NCBI GenBank assembly: GCA_963724555.1
Contig: CAVRVE010000002.1
Location: 4,879-68,878 of the forward strand
Origin: an uncultured Acidobacteriota bacterium
GTDB taxonomy: Bacteria > Acidobacteriota > Vicinamibacteria > Fen-336
Direction: 5' to 3'
DNA: 64,000 nucleotides
Shown here in pieces: positions 41,239 through 51,657 of the stretch (position 1 is the stretch's first letter; each line of letters opens with the position of its first letter). The notes below the pieces were generated by a model. The model saw nothing but the letters and a program-made list of their open reading frames with translations, did no database searches and had not been told where the DNA came from. Both the position numbers and the translations under genes were made by a program.

Positions 41239-42984
41239 ATGAAGCCTGTCGAGCGCTGGGTCGGAGAGATGGAGAGGACGCTGCGCCCGGACCGGGTGGT
41301 CTGGTGCGACGGCTCGGAGGCGGAGAACGCCCGCCTCGTCGAGGCCATGCTCGCGGACGGCACGCTGCAGCGCCTCCACCCGCAGCACGCCCCGGGGTCC
41401 TACCTGCACCGCAGCCACCCCTCGGACGTCGCACGCACCGAGCACCTCACGTTCATCGCCAGCCGCACCCGCGCCGGCGCGGGCCCCACCAACAACTGGA
41501 TGTCGCCCCAGGACGCGCGCGAGCGCGTGTTCCCGCTGTTCGACGGGGCGATGAAGGGCCGGACGCTCTACGTGGTCCCTTACGTGATGGGCCCGCTCGG
41601 ATCGCCCTTCAGCAAGGTGGGCGTCGAGATCACCGACAGCGCGTACGTGGTCGCGAACATGCGCCTGATGACGCGCATGGGCCAGGCCGCGCTCGACCAG
41701 CTCGGCGGCTCGGACGACTTCGTGCCCGGGCTCCACTCGCTCGGCGACCTCTCGCCCGACCGCCGCTTCATCGTGCACTTCCCGGAGGAGCGCACGATCT
41801 GGAGCGTCGGCTCCGGCTACGGCGGCAACGCCCTCCTCGGCAAGAAGTGCTTCGCGCTGCGGATCGCGTCGACGCTCGCGCGCGACCAGGGCTGGATGGC
41901 CGAGCACATGCTGATCCTGGAGCTCGAGCTGCCGGGCGGCGAGATCCACTACGTCGCCGCGGCCTTCCCCTCGGCCTGCGGCAAGACCAACCTCGCGATG
42001 CTGGTGTCCCCGCTCGAGGCGCAGGGCTACAAGGTGCGCACGGTGGGCGACGACATCGCGTGGCTGCGCCCCGGTCCCGACGGCCGGCTGTGGGCCGTCA
42101 ATCCGGAGGCCGGCTTCTTCGGCGTCGTGCCCGGCACCGGGCCCGAGACGAATCCGAACGCGCTCGCCACGATCGCCCGCGACACCATCTTCACGAACGT
42201 CGCGGTCACGCGCGACGGCGTGCCGTGGTGGGAGGGCAAGGAGAAGCAGGCGCCCGCCGACCTCCTGGACTGGCAGGGCAAGCCCTGGGACGGCGCCTCG
42301 AAGGCGGCGCACCCCAACTCGCGCTTCACCGTGGCCGCGCGCCAGTGCCCGTCGATGTCCAGGCGCTGGGAGGACCCGCAGGGGGTCCCGCTCTCGGCGA
42401 TCATCTTCGGCGGCCGCCGCGCGCGTCTCGCGCCGCTGGTGTTCGAGAGCCGGGACTGGGCGCACGGCGTCTTCGTGGGCGCGACGATGGGCTCGGAGAC
42501 GACCGCCGCCGCCACCGGCCAGGTGGGCGTCGTGCGCCGGGACCCGATGGCGATGCTGCCGTTCTGCGGCTACAACATGGGCGACTACTTCGGCCACTGG
42601 CTGCGCATGGGCCAGCTGCTCGAGCGCCCGCCCGCCGTCTTCCACGTGAACTGGTTCCGCACCGACGAGCGCGGGCGCTTCATCTGGCCGGGCTTCGGCG
42701 AGAACCTGCGCGTGCTGCTGTGGATGATCGGGCGCGTGCAGGGCCGCGCGGCCGCCGAGGAGACGCCGATCGGCCTGGTGCCGACCGAGGGCGCCCTCGA
42801 CTGGGACGGCCTCGGGCTCGGGCCGGCCGAGCGGCAGCAGCTGCTGCGCGTCGACCGCGGCGAGTGGGCCGCCGAGGTGCCGGAGATCCGCGCGTTCTTC
42901 CACCGCTTCGGCGATCAGCTGCCCGCCGAGCTCGCCGAGCGCCTCGCCACGCTGGAGCAGGATCTCGCGAGGGTCGCCGTCTAG
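41239..42984 (+). CDS. pckG: phosphoenolpyruvate carboxykinase (GTP)
   Basis: Intact 581-aa ORF. Motifs GPTNNWM, YVVPYVMGP, FPSACGKTNLAM, VGDDIAWL, HPNSRF and WFRTDERGRFIWPGFGENLRVL. Confidence 0.95.
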   Translation: MKPVERWVGEMERTLRPDRVVWCDGSEAENARLVEAMLADGTLQRLHPQHAPGSYLHRSHPSDVARTEHLTFIASRTRAGAGPTNNWMSPQDARERVFPLFDGAMKGRTLYVVPYVMGPLGSPFSKVGVEITDSAYVVANMRLMTRMGQAALDQLGGSDDFVPGLHSLGDLSPDRRFIVHFPEERTIWSVGSGYGGNALLGKKCFALRIASTLARDQGWMAEHMLILELELPGGEIHYVAAAFPSACGKTNLAMLVSPLEAQGYKVRTVGDDIAWLRPGPDGRLWAVNPEAGFFGVVPGTGPETNPNALATIARDTIFTNVAVTRDGVPWWEGKEKQAPADLLDWQGKPWDGASKAAHPNSRFTVAARQCPSMSRRWEDPQGVPLSAIIFGGRRARLAPLVFESRDWAHGVFVGATMGSETTAAATGQVGVVRRDPMAMLPFCGYNMGDYFGHWLRMGQLLERPPAVFHVNWFRTDERGRFIWPGFGENLRVLLWMIGRVQGRAAAEETPIGLVPTEGALDWDGLGLGPAERQQLLRVDRGEWAAEVPEIRAFFHRFGDQLPAELAERLATLEQDLARVAV

Positions 42985-43009
42985 AGGCAAGCAGCGTCAC
43001 GAGGGCGGC

Positions 43010-43423
43010 ATGGCCTACAGGATCCGCCGCGTCGAGTATTTCAACGCAACCGTCGTGGACCAGCCGGGAGAGGCCTACAAGGTCCTGTCGGCGCTCGCGG
43101 GCCTGGGCGTGAACCTGCTGGGCTTCACCGCCGTGCCGGTCGGGCCCGACCGGACGCAGATCACGCTCTTCCCCGAGGACCCGGGCAAGATGAGGAGCGA
43201 GGCCCAGAAGGCGGGGATGACGCTCGACGGCCCGCACCGCGCCCTGCTGGTGCACGGCGACGACGAGCTCGGTGCCCTCGCCGGCGTGCACGAGAAGCTC
43301 TACCGTGCCAACGTCAACGTCTTCGCATCGAGCGCGATCGCCGCCGGCGCCGGGAGCTTCGGCCACATCATCTACGTGCGGCCCGAGGACTACGGCGCGG
43401 CGGCGAAGGCGCTGGACGTCTAG
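43010..43423 (+). CDS. ACT-domain-like small protein
   Basis: Intact 137-aa ORF, 25 nt after pckG. Two beta-alpha-beta-like halves (FNATVVDQPGEAYKVLSALAGLGVNLLGF; LLVHGDDELGALAGVHEKLYRANVNVF). Confidence 0.55.
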   Translation: MAYRIRRVEYFNATVVDQPGEAYKVLSALAGLGVNLLGFTAVPVGPDRTQITLFPEDPGKMRSEAQKAGMTLDGPHRALLVHGDDELGALAGVHEKLYRANVNVFASSAIAAGAGSFGHIIYVRPEDYGAAAKALDV

Positions 43424-43446
43424 CGCCCGCCGCGGATCGCGCTGAG

Positions 43447-45515
43447 CTACGCCGCGGCTTCGGCCTTCGTCGAGATCGCGGAGAGCGCTTCGAGCAGCTC
43501 GTCGGTCGTCTGCCAGCGCTTGGCGGGGTCCTTGGCGAGGCCCTTCAGGATCAGGGCCTCGAGCTCGGGCGACAGCTTCGGGTTGACGCTGCGCGGCTTG
43601 GGCGGCAGCTGCTGGATGTGGGCCACCACCACCGCCATCGGGTTGTCGCCCCGGAACGGCAGCTTGCCGGTGAAGGTCTCGAAGAACACGACGGCGAGCG
43701 AGTAGATGTCCGCGCGGAAGTCGGCGGGCTTGCCCTGCGCCTGCTCGGGCGGCATGTAGTCGGGCGTGCCCATCACGGTCCCGGCGGTCGTCAGGCCCGA
43801 GGTGCCCGGCTCGACCTCGGTGCGCGCGCGAGATGCCGAAGTCCATGATCTTGAGCTCGCCGCTCTCGGGCAGGATCAGCATGTTCTGCGGCTTGATGTC
43901 GCGGTGCACGACACCCGTGTCGTGCGCCGCGCCGAGCCCGTGGCACATCTGCTTCGCGATCGAGAGCCCGACGCCGAGCGGCAGCGCGCCGCGGTTGCGG
44001 ATCAGGTCCTTGAGCGTGACCCCCTCCAGGAACTCCATCGAGATGTAGGGGACGCTCCCCGCCTCGCCGAAGTCGTGGGTACGCAGCACGTTCCTGTGCG
44101 TGATCTTTCGCGCGAGCTTGATCTCCTGCTTGAAGCGGTCGATGAGCGTCGGGTCGGCCGCGAGCGCCTCCGGCCGCAGCAGCTTGAGCGCCACCACCTC
44201 GTCGAGCTGGCGGTCGCGCGCGCGGTAGACGACGCCCATGCCGCCCTTGCCGAGCGTTCCCAGGATCTCGTAGCGGTCGCCGAAGACCTCGCCGCGCTGG
44301 AGTGCCGCCCCTTTCGTCTGCTGCGACGGGATCCTCACGGTCGGGGTGTCCTGCGCCGCGCCGGCCGCGGCGGCGCCGCCGCTACCCGGGCTGGTGCCGC
44401 TGCCGAGTGTCGTCGCGGCGGCGATCTTGCGCATCTCCGTCATGCCTTCGCGGAGGAAGCTGATCATCTGGTCCTTCTCGCGCAGGTCCGCCACGAGCGC
44501 GTTGAAGGCGCGCGCCAGCACGCCGATCTCGTCGCGGCCCTGGACCGCGACCGCTCCCGAGTAGGAGCCGTCGCGGATCCGCTCGACGAGCCCGACCAGC
44601 TTGCGCACCGGCTCCGTGATCCGCGACGCCGCGCCCCACGCGGCCAGCAGCCCGAGCACCATCACGCCGAGCGAGACGGCGACCAGGACGTTGCGGAAGC
44701 GGCGGAAGGGGACCGTCTCCGCCGAGAGGCTCCGCAGCGCGAGCGCCGCGCCGATCGTCTCGCCGGTCGCGCTCGTCAGCGGCGTGCGCACGCCGATGTA
44801 GCGCTCGCCCGCGAGGTCGAGCTCGAAGGGGACGTCCGCCTGGGCCATCTGCGGCATCGCGAGCGACGCGGCGAGCGCCGGCTCGAGCGGGCCGAGCGAC
44901 GAGACCGCGACCTTCTCGGGCTGTCCGGCCGGCCGCACCAGGAACGCCATGTCGCTGTGGGTGATCTTGTGCATCTGCGCCGCGACCGCTTCGCTCAGCC
45001 GGTAGCCGGCCACCATCACGCCGACGAGCTCGGGACCCGTCTGCATCGGCACCGCGACCGCGGTGAAGAGCTGGTCGCCTTGAAGCCAGAGGGCGGCCGC
45101 GTCGTCGCCCTTCGAGCGCCTTCTTGACGATCGGGTCCTTCGAGAGGTCGTCCCCGGTGTCCGAGGGACGATCGGTGCGCGCGATCAGCTTGCCCGCGGG
45201 GTCGGTCGCCATCATGAAGTCGGCGGCGAGGTCCTGGCCGCGCTCGCCGAGCGAGTCGAGCGCCGTGTTCTGGTCGCGCTCGGCGATCGCCGCCTTGAAG
45301 TAGGGATCGTTCGCCAGCACGCGCACGCCGAGCCGCAGCTTCTTGAAGCGGTCGTCCTGGATCGTGTGCCAGACGTCGCGGGTTTCCTGGAGGCCCGAGT
45401 CGATCGTGCTGCGCGCCAGCTGGTTGGCCTGGATGGTGGTGAAGACCAGCGTGCCGCCGACGAGCAGCACCACCAGCGTGGCGATGAACAGCAGGATCTT
45501 GCCGGTGAGTCCCAT
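43447..45515 (-). pseudogene. membrane sensor Ser/Thr kinase: TM - periplasmic (Cache-like?) domain - TM - HAMP - Hanks kinase; two apparent frameshifts (near 45090 and 43790)
   Basis: ORF 44382..45515 (MGLTGKILLFIATLVVLLVGG...). ORF 42680..45052 (second TM helix, HAMP ITEPVRKLVGLVERIRDGSYS...IGVLARAFNALV, kinase GKGGMGVVYRA, VALKLL, HRDIKPQNMLI, DFGISR). ORF 43447..43776 (GTPDYMPPEQ, DIYSLAVVFFETFTG). Confidence 0.8.
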
Positions 45516-45531
45516 CGGATGCCGCGCTCCT

Positions 45532-46178
45532 TCAGTACTTCTCGCCGACTTCGTAGTCCTTGCCGAACTTGTTCTTGTGCGGCGCGCGCTTGTACTTGGA
45601 GGCGTCGAGCGTGAACGAGGTCTCGAGCGTGCCCGCGTCCTTCACCTGCACGGTCTGGGGGGCGGACTCGCCCGCGCGCTCGTGCCAGGCCTTGAGCACC
45701 CAGCGTGCCGGCGGGAACGTCGGGGATCGTGTAGCTGCCGTCGGCCGCCACCTTCGCCCAGAACGGGTTGTCGCGCACCAGCACGAAGCCGCTCATCTGC
45801 GGGTGGATGTTGCAGTAGATGCGGACGACGCCGGGATGCTCGAAGACCTTGGACGCGGTCTTCGGCTTCTTGTAGAGCTGCAGGTCGAAGCGGTTCTCGC
45901 CCGAGACCGAGAACACGTTGTGGAAGATCGCGTCCTGGTTCGGGAACTCGACGCTCGCGCCGACGGCGACCACCGTGACGCGCGGCAGGAAGGCCTTGCT
46001 CTTCATCGTGACCGTCGACAGCGGCGGGCCGCGCGCGCGCGGGCGGCGGTCCCTCGACCCAGACCACGGCGTCGGCCGTGTCCTGCGCGCGCTGGCCGTC
46101 CTTCTCCAGCACCTCGACCTTGCCGCGCAGCGTGCTCGCGCCCAGAGCACCCGCCGGAACCGCCAGCACGAGCGCCAT
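45532..46178 (-). pseudogene. secreted cupredoxin-like (amicyanin-type ligand pattern) protein, two apparent frameshifts
   Basis: ORF 45642..46178 holds the N-terminus (MALVLAVPAGALGASTLRGKVEV). The ORF 45212..46150 frame holds the core FLPRVTVVAVGASVEFPNQDAIFHNVFS...RIYCNIHPQMSGFVLV (His...Cys-x2-His-x2-Met). The C-terminus WHERAGESAPQTVQVKD...KNKFGKDYEVGEKY* ends 45532-45534. Lies 16 nt upstream of the kinase gene. Confidence 0.6.
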
Positions 46179-46254
46179 GGAAAAGGCCCAGCTTCCCCGC
46201 TTGCTCAGAGCCTGCCTCCGGCGAATCCCGGCGAGTCTAGCATCCCCCGAACGC

Positions 46255-46260
46255 TATAAT
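46255..46260 (+). promoter_or_regulatory. consensus TATAAT -10 box, 11 nt upstream of the M28 peptidase ATG (short-leader or leaderless transcript?)
   Basis: The sequence gaacgcTATAATcgcgcccccgcATG was read directly. There is no Shine-Dalgarno between box and ATG. I see no convincing -35. Confidence 0.3.
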
Positions 46261-46271
46261 CGCGCCCCCGC

Positions 46272-47639
46272 ATGAGCCCGCTCCTCGCCGTGCTGCTCGC
46301 CGCGTCGTTCGACGGCCAGGCGGCGCTCGGCCACGCCTCGGCGCTCGCCGCGCTCGGCCCGCATCCGCTCGGATCGCCCCGCAACCAGGCGGCCGCCGCC
46401 TACGTGGCGGCGCAGCTGCGCGAGGCCGGGCTCGAGGCGGTGGAGCTCGCGCCGTTCGAGAGCCACGGCGTCCAGGGCGCGAACGTGATCGGCACGCTGC
46501 GCGCGCCCGGCGAGGAGTTCGTGGTGATCGGCGCCCACCACGACACGGTGCCCGAAGCGCCCGGGGCGTACGACGACGGCGGCGGCGTGGGCGTCCTGAT
46601 CGAGCTCGCGCGCGTGCTCGCGGCCGACAAGCAGCGGCCGCGCACGCTCGTGTTCGTCTCCTTCGACGGCGAGGAGTCCGAGTCGACGGGCAAGGGCTCG
46701 GCCGTCGGCTCGCGGGCGTTCATCGAGCGGCTCGGCGCGCGCGCGCGCTCGCTGGTCGCGGCGTTCGCGGTCGACATGTCGGGCTGGCGCGGCGGCACGC
46801 CGTCGCTGCACCCGATCGCGTACGCGGACCCGAGCCGCAGCGGCGGCACGGTGATCGCGCCCGCCTGGCTCGTGCGCGCGGCGCTCACGGGAGCCCGGGA
46901 CGCGGGTGCGTCCTTCGTCGTCGGCGATCCGTGGCTGTCCTGGCTCTACCAGCCGGGCGTGCGCACGTTCCGCGTGCGGCTCTACGCCGACGACCTGTCC
47001 TTCCTGCAGGCCGGGCATCCGGCGCTCTTCACGTCGGACTCGTCGTTCTCCGCGTTCTATCCCGACTACCACAAGCCCTCGGACACCGCCGACAAGCTCG
47101 ACGCCGCGGCGCTCGAGCGGGTCGGGCAGGCCGTGCTCGGCACCGTGCGCGCGCTCGAGCGGACGCCGCGCGGCGCAGCCAGCGAGCCGCACTGGTTCGC
47201 GGCCTTCGGCCGTGTCTTCTCGTGGTCCTCGCTCGTGGCGCTCGGCGCGCTCGGCCTGCTGCCGGGCTTCGCGCGAGCGCTGTGGGCCGGCGGCCCGGCG
47301 CTCGGGGTCAGGGCCGTGCAGGCGCTGCTCGTGGCCGTGCTCTTGTGGCGCGAGCCGGTGCCGGCGCTCTTCGTCCTGCTGGTTCCGCTGCTGCTGCTGC
47401 CGTTCGTACGCAGCCGGTGGACGGCGCTCGTGTCGCTCGCGCCCACGATCGCCCTTCTCGCGCTGGGCGCCTCGGCGTGGTGGCGCGGGGCCGCGAACGG
47501 CGTCTGGCTCGCGCCCTGGGAGATCGTCGTGCTGTTCCTCGCGCTCGCGCTCGCGTTTCTCGGGCTCGGAGGCCGTGCGGGCGCGCGCGTCTCGCGAAAG
47601 GCGAAGGCTCCAGCGGCGCTAGCGACGGGCCGTCGCTAG
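46272..47639 (+). CDS. M28-family zinc aminopeptidase with a C-terminal polytopic membrane domain
   Basis: Intact 455-aa ORF. Motifs NVIGTL, VIGAHHDTV, DDGGGVGVLIELAR, FVSFDGEE and YHKPSDT. The last ~150 aa form several hydrophobic helices. Confidence 0.85.
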   Translation: MSPLLAVLLAASFDGQAALGHASALAALGPHPLGSPRNQAAAAYVAAQLREAGLEAVELAPFESHGVQGANVIGTLRAPGEEFVVIGAHHDTVPEAPGAYDDGGGVGVLIELARVLAADKQRPRTLVFVSFDGEESESTGKGSAVGSRAFIERLGARARSLVAAFAVDMSGWRGGTPSLHPIAYADPSRSGGTVIAPAWLVRAALTGARDAGASFVVGDPWLSWLYQPGVRTFRVRLYADDLSFLQAGHPALFTSDSSFSAFYPDYHKPSDTADKLDAAALERVGQAVLGTVRALERTPRGAASEPHWFAAFGRVFSWSSLVALGALGLLPGFARALWAGGPALGVRAVQALLVAVLLWREPVPALFVLLVPLLLLPFVRSRWTALVSLAPTIALLALGASAWWRGAANGVWLAPWEIVVLFLALALAFLGLGGRAGARVSRKAKAPAALATGRR

Positions 47640-48568
47640 GCGGGCTTCGCGCCCGCTTCGGTCAGGTACTCGCGCATCGTCCTGGCGTAGTGGGGGAACG
47701 CGATCTCGGGCTCCTCGATCTCGGGGTGCCACTTCTTCTCCCACTCGTAGCAGTAGTAGCCCTTGTAGCCGCCCTTGACCAGCACGCGAACCTGCTCCTT
47801 CACGGGCACCTGGCCGTTCCCGGTGAGCACGTACTTGCGATCGTCGCCGTCGGGCACGGAGTCCTTGAGGTGGGTGTGGCGCACGTAGCGGCCGAGGCTC
47901 TTCCAGGTGTCGGCGGGGGACTCCTTCCCGACGACGAACGTGTGGTGGGCGTCCCAGAGCAGCGCGAAAGCGTCCGAGCCCACGCGCGTCACCACGGTCT
48001 GCAGGTCGGCCGAGTGGATGAAGTCGCCGTGGGACTCCTGCAGCACGGTGACGCCCGCCGCCTTCGCGTGGCTCGCCATCTGCTGGAAGCCGTCCACCAC
48101 GCGCTTCAGCACCTCTTCCCTGGGCTCCTCGGGCGGCAGCTTGTCGCCGAACATGCGGACGTACGGCACGCCCATCGCGTGGGCGAGGTCGATGAAGCGC
48201 CGGCCCTCGTCGAGCTGCTTGTCGCGCGTCGCCTGGTCCTTCTCGTGCATCCGCGACGACGCGCCGAGGTCGGTCACCACGATGCCGAGCGCCGCGAGGT
48301 CCTTCTTGCTCTCGGCGAGCCTCGAGCCCGAAAGCTCGGGGACCTTGGTGAGGTCCATCTCGCCCGCGATGCCGCGCAGCTCGAGGCCCGTGTAGCCGTT
48401 CGCCGACGCGCTTTCCAGCACCGCCTTCCAGCTCCACTGCGGGCAGCCGAGCGTCGAGAACGCGATCGGGAAGCGCTCCTTGCGCTTGTCGGCGGCGCGC
48501 AGGACCCTTGGCGCCGCAACCGCGGCGGCGAGGCTCGAGAGGAACGTGCGGCGTGCGAAGCGGGGCAT
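47636..48568 (-). CDS. Tat-signal sugar phosphate isomerase/epimerase (xylose isomerase-like TIM barrel)
   Basis: Intact 310-aa ORF. Motifs RRTFLSSLAAAVAAP, GYTGLELRG, VLQESHGDF, HLKD and YYCYEWEKKWHPE. Confidence 0.8.
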   Translation of the reverse strand: MPRFARRTFLSSLAAAVAAPRVLRAADKRKERFPIAFSTLGCPQWSWKAVLESASANGYTGLELRGIAGEMDLTKVPELSGSRLAESKKDLAALGIVVTDLGASSRMHEKDQATRDKQLDEGRRFIDLAHAMGVPYVRMFGDKLPPEEPREEVLKRVVDGFQQMASHAKAAGVTVLQESHGDFIHSADLQTVVTRVGSDAFALLWDAHHTFVVGKESPADTWKSLGRYVRHTHLKDSVPDGDDRKYVLTGNGQVPVKEQVRVLVKGGYKGYYCYEWEKKWHPEIEEPEIAFPHYARTMREYLTEAGAKPA

Positions 48569-48630
48569 GGGACCTCCTGGGTGAACGAACGGATTATAGG
48601 TAGGATCGGGTTTTCGGGAGGAGCAAGAGT

Positions 48631-49854
48631 TTGGCCGAGATCCGTCCCTTCAAGGGCATTCACTACGGGGCCGCGGACCTGGGGCGCGTGCTCGCGCCGC
48701 CCTACGACGTCATTCCGCCGGCCTACCAGGACGAGCTCTACGCGCGCGATCCCCACAACATCGTGCGCGTGGTCCTGAACCGCACGCCGGGCGACGCGGG
48801 CTACGAGGAGGCCGGGCAGTGCTACGCGCGCTGGCTCTCCGAAGGGGTCCTGCAGCAGGACGACGAGCCCGCCCTCTACGTGCTCGAGCAGACGTTCGCG
48901 AACGGCGACGGGAAGCTCCGGCGCTTCGGCCTGCTGGCGCGGTTCCGGGCGGAGGACGCCGAGCGCAGGATCATCCTGCCGCACGAGCACACCCGCGCCG
49001 CGGCCAAGGAAGACCGCTGGAAGGTGCTGAACGCCACGCGGGCGAACTTCAGCCCGATCTTCCTCATGTTCCCCGACCCCGAGCGCCGCTTCGGCACGCT
49101 GGCGCAGGAGGCGATGGCGCCGGCGCCGGTCGCGGTCTACACCGACGACGGCGGCGTCTCGCACCGGCTCTGGCGCGTGAGCGCCGAGGGCGCGATCTCC
49201 GGCTTCCAGGAGCTGCTCGGAAGCGCCAAGGCCTACATCGCCGACGGGCACCACCGCCACGCGACGGCGCTCCGCTACCGCGATGCCAAGGGCGCGGACG
49301 GCGCCTGGACGCTCGGGTACTTCACGCCGATGGGCGTGCCGGGCCTGCTGGTGCAGCCGTATCACCGGATCCTGGCCGAGGGCCCGTCGCTCGATGCGGC
49401 CGAGCCGAAGCTCGCCTCGCGTTTCCGCACCGCGCGCGTGGCGGGCCCGCTCGAGGCCGCCGCCGCCGTCGCCGCCTCGAAGGCGCCCTACGCGTTCGCG
49501 CTCGCCGAGCCGGGCCGGGGGGCGCTCGTCGCCGAGGCGCTTCCCGGCAGCGAAGCGCTGCTCGACGCCGCGGCGCCACCGAGCCTGCGCGCGCTCGACA
49601 CGTACTTCCTGCACCACGCCGTGCTCGGGCCGCTGCTCGCGGTGCCCGACGCGGCCGTGAGCTACGTGCACTCGCTGAAGGAGGCCGAGGACACGCTCGC
49701 GAGCCGCGCGTGCCGGCTCGCCGTCCTGATGCGGGCGACGCCGGTCCAGCAGATCGTGGACGTCGCGGAGGCTTCGGAGTCGATGCCGGCGAAGAGCACG
49801 TTCTTCCATCCCAAGCTGCCGTCGGGCCTCGTGATCCACCCGCTCGTGGTCTGA
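48631..49854 (+). CDS. DUF1015-family protein
   Basis: Intact 407-aa ORF (TTG start, GGGAGGAG upstream). Motifs IRPFKGIHY, APPYDVIPP, ILPHEHT, YIADGHHRHATAL and MPAKSTFFHPKL. Confidence 0.8.
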   Translation: MAEIRPFKGIHYGAADLGRVLAPPYDVIPPAYQDELYARDPHNIVRVVLNRTPGDAGYEEAGQCYARWLSEGVLQQDDEPALYVLEQTFANGDGKLRRFGLLARFRAEDAERRIILPHEHTRAAAKEDRWKVLNATRANFSPIFLMFPDPERRFGTLAQEAMAPAPVAVYTDDGGVSHRLWRVSAEGAISGFQELLGSAKAYIADGHHRHATALRYRDAKGADGAWTLGYFTPMGVPGLLVQPYHRILAEGPSLDAAEPKLASRFRTARVAGPLEAAAAVAASKAPYAFALAEPGRGALVAEALPGSEALLDAAAPPSLRALDTYFLHHAVLGPLLAVPDAAVSYVHSLKEAEDTLASRACRLAVLMRATPVQQIVDVAEASESMPAKSTFFHPKLPSGLVIHPLVV

Positions 49855-49862
49855 TCCCGCCC

Positions 49863-50868
49863 ATGGCCCTTCCGCTGCCGTCGTTCTTCGACGCCCAGCG
49901 GTCGGCGAGCGTCTACCGCGTGCCGTACCAGCAGCGCGCCGACGAGGCGCGCGCGTGGGCGCGAAACGCAGCGGCTGCGGCCGGCGGCGCAGGACGAGAG
50001 GCGCGTCGCGCTCTTGCTGATCGACGTGCAGAACACCTTCTGCCTGCCGGAGTTCGAGCTGTTCGTCGGCGGTCGCTCGGGACGAGGAGCCGTCGAGGAC
50101 ACGGCGCGGATCGCGAGCCTCCTCTATCGGCGTCTCGATCGCGTCACGCAGGTGATCGCGACGCTCGACACCCACTCGGCCGCCCAGATCTTCCACCCGG
50201 TCTTCTGGCTCGACGCCGACGGCCGCCATCCGGCGCCGCACACGGTGATCCGGGTCGACGACGTCGAGAGCGGCCGCTACCGCGTCAACCCGGCGCTCGC
50301 GCCGCTCGTCTCGCCACGCAGGGACTTCGACCTCGCCCTGTGGGGCCGCCGCTACGCGCGGCAGCTCGCCGAGGGCGGCAAGTACCCGCTCCTGATCTGG
50401 CCGTACCACTCGATGCTCGGCGGGATCGGGCACGCGATGGTCTCGCTCGTCGAGGAGGCGGTGTTCTTCCACTCCATCGCGCGCCAGTCGCCGACGCGGC
50501 TGGAGATCAAGGGCCGCCACCCGCTGACCGAGAACTACTCGGCGCTGCGGCCCGAGGTCGGGCGGGACGACCTCGGCCAGCCGCTCGTGCCGGAGAGCCG
50601 CGAGCTCGTCGAGCACCTGCTGGGCTTCGACGAGATCCTCGTCGCCGGCGAGGCCAGGAGCCACTGCGTCGCCTGGACGGTCGCGGACCTGCTCGCGGAG
50701 ATCCGCGCCCGGGACGCGGCGCTCGCGCGCAAGGTGGTCCTGCTCGACGACTGCGCGTCGCCCGTCGTGGTGCCGGGCGTCGTCGACTTCACGGACGACG
50801 CGGAAGCGGCCTACGCGCGCTTCGCGGCCGCCGGCATGCGGCGCGTGAAGTCGACCGACGTGTTCTGA
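49863..50868 (+). pseudogene. isochorismatase/nicotinamidase-like cysteine hydrolase, one apparent frameshift near 49965
   Basis: ATG 49863 (MALPLPSFFDAQRSASVYRVPYQQRADEARAWA) in the ORF 48819..51023 frame. Then ORF 50014..50868 (LIDVQNTFC, IATLDTH, ILVAGEARSHCVAWT). Confidence 0.7.
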
Positions 50869-50883
50869 GGCGCAGCGTCCCCC

Positions 50884-51651
50884 CTAAGAGGAAGAGGACA
50901 GAATCCCGTCGGCGATCGCGTCGAGCAGCACGCCCGGGCGGTTCGAGCCGACGCCGTAGAGGCCGAAGCGGGCGAGCGGCTTCAGCTCCTCGGGATCGTC
51001 CACGACCCAGGTCGCCACCTTGAGCCCCGCCTCGCGCGCACGCGCGGCGAGGTCGTCGCTCAGCAGGCTCTTGTGCGGCAGCACGACCTCGGAGCCCGTG
51101 GCGCGGGCGTCGGCGAGGAGCTCCTCGGTGCTGGTGCGGCCGAAGATGCGGCCGCGGCTGATCTCGGGCGCGAGCTCGCGCGCGCGCAGGATCGCGCGCT
51201 GGTCGAAGGAGATGAGCGCCACCTTGTCGGCCACGTCCAGGCGGCGGATCTCGGCGATCGTCAGCGCCTCGACGCCGCCGGTGGCGTCGTCGGTCACGGA
51301 CTCCTTCTTGATCTCGATCAGCGTTCGCGCACGGTCGCGCACGAGCGTCAGCACCTCCGCGAGCGTCGGGACGTGCTCGCCCTGGTAGGCGGTGCCGAAG
51401 CGGCTCGGGTAGCCCGCCGAGAGCGCGCGGATCTCGGCGAGCGAGAGCTGGCGCACGTCGCCGCGGCCGCTCGTGGTGCGGTCGAGCGTCGGGTCGTGCA
51501 TCACGACCACGCGCCCGTCGCGGGTGAGCTGCACGTCGATCTCGACGGCGCTCACCCCGAGCTCGAGCGCGCCCGCGATCGCCGCGAGGGTGTTCTCGGG
51601 ACGGTGGGCCGAGTCGCCGCGATGGGCGATCACGAGCAGCGGGGCAGGCAA
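50884..51651 (-). CDS. glycerophosphodiester phosphodiesterase (GDPD family)
   Basis: Intact 255-aa ORF. Motifs VIAHRGDSAHRPENTLAA, VEIDVQLTRDGRVVVMHD and LIEIK. Confidence 0.9.
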   Translation of the reverse strand: MPAPLLVIAHRGDSAHRPENTLAAIAGALELGVSAVEIDVQLTRDGRVVVMHDPTLDRTTSGRGDVRQLSLAEIRALSAGYPSRFGTAYQGEHVPTLAEVLTLVRDRARTLIEIKKESVTDDATGGVEALTIAEIRRLDVADKVALISFDQRAILRARELAPEISRGRIFGRTSTEELLADARATGSEVVLPHKSLLSDDLAARAREAGLKVATWVVDDPEELKPLARFGLYGVGSNRPGVLLDAIADGILSSSS

Positions 51652-51657
51652 CGCTGC

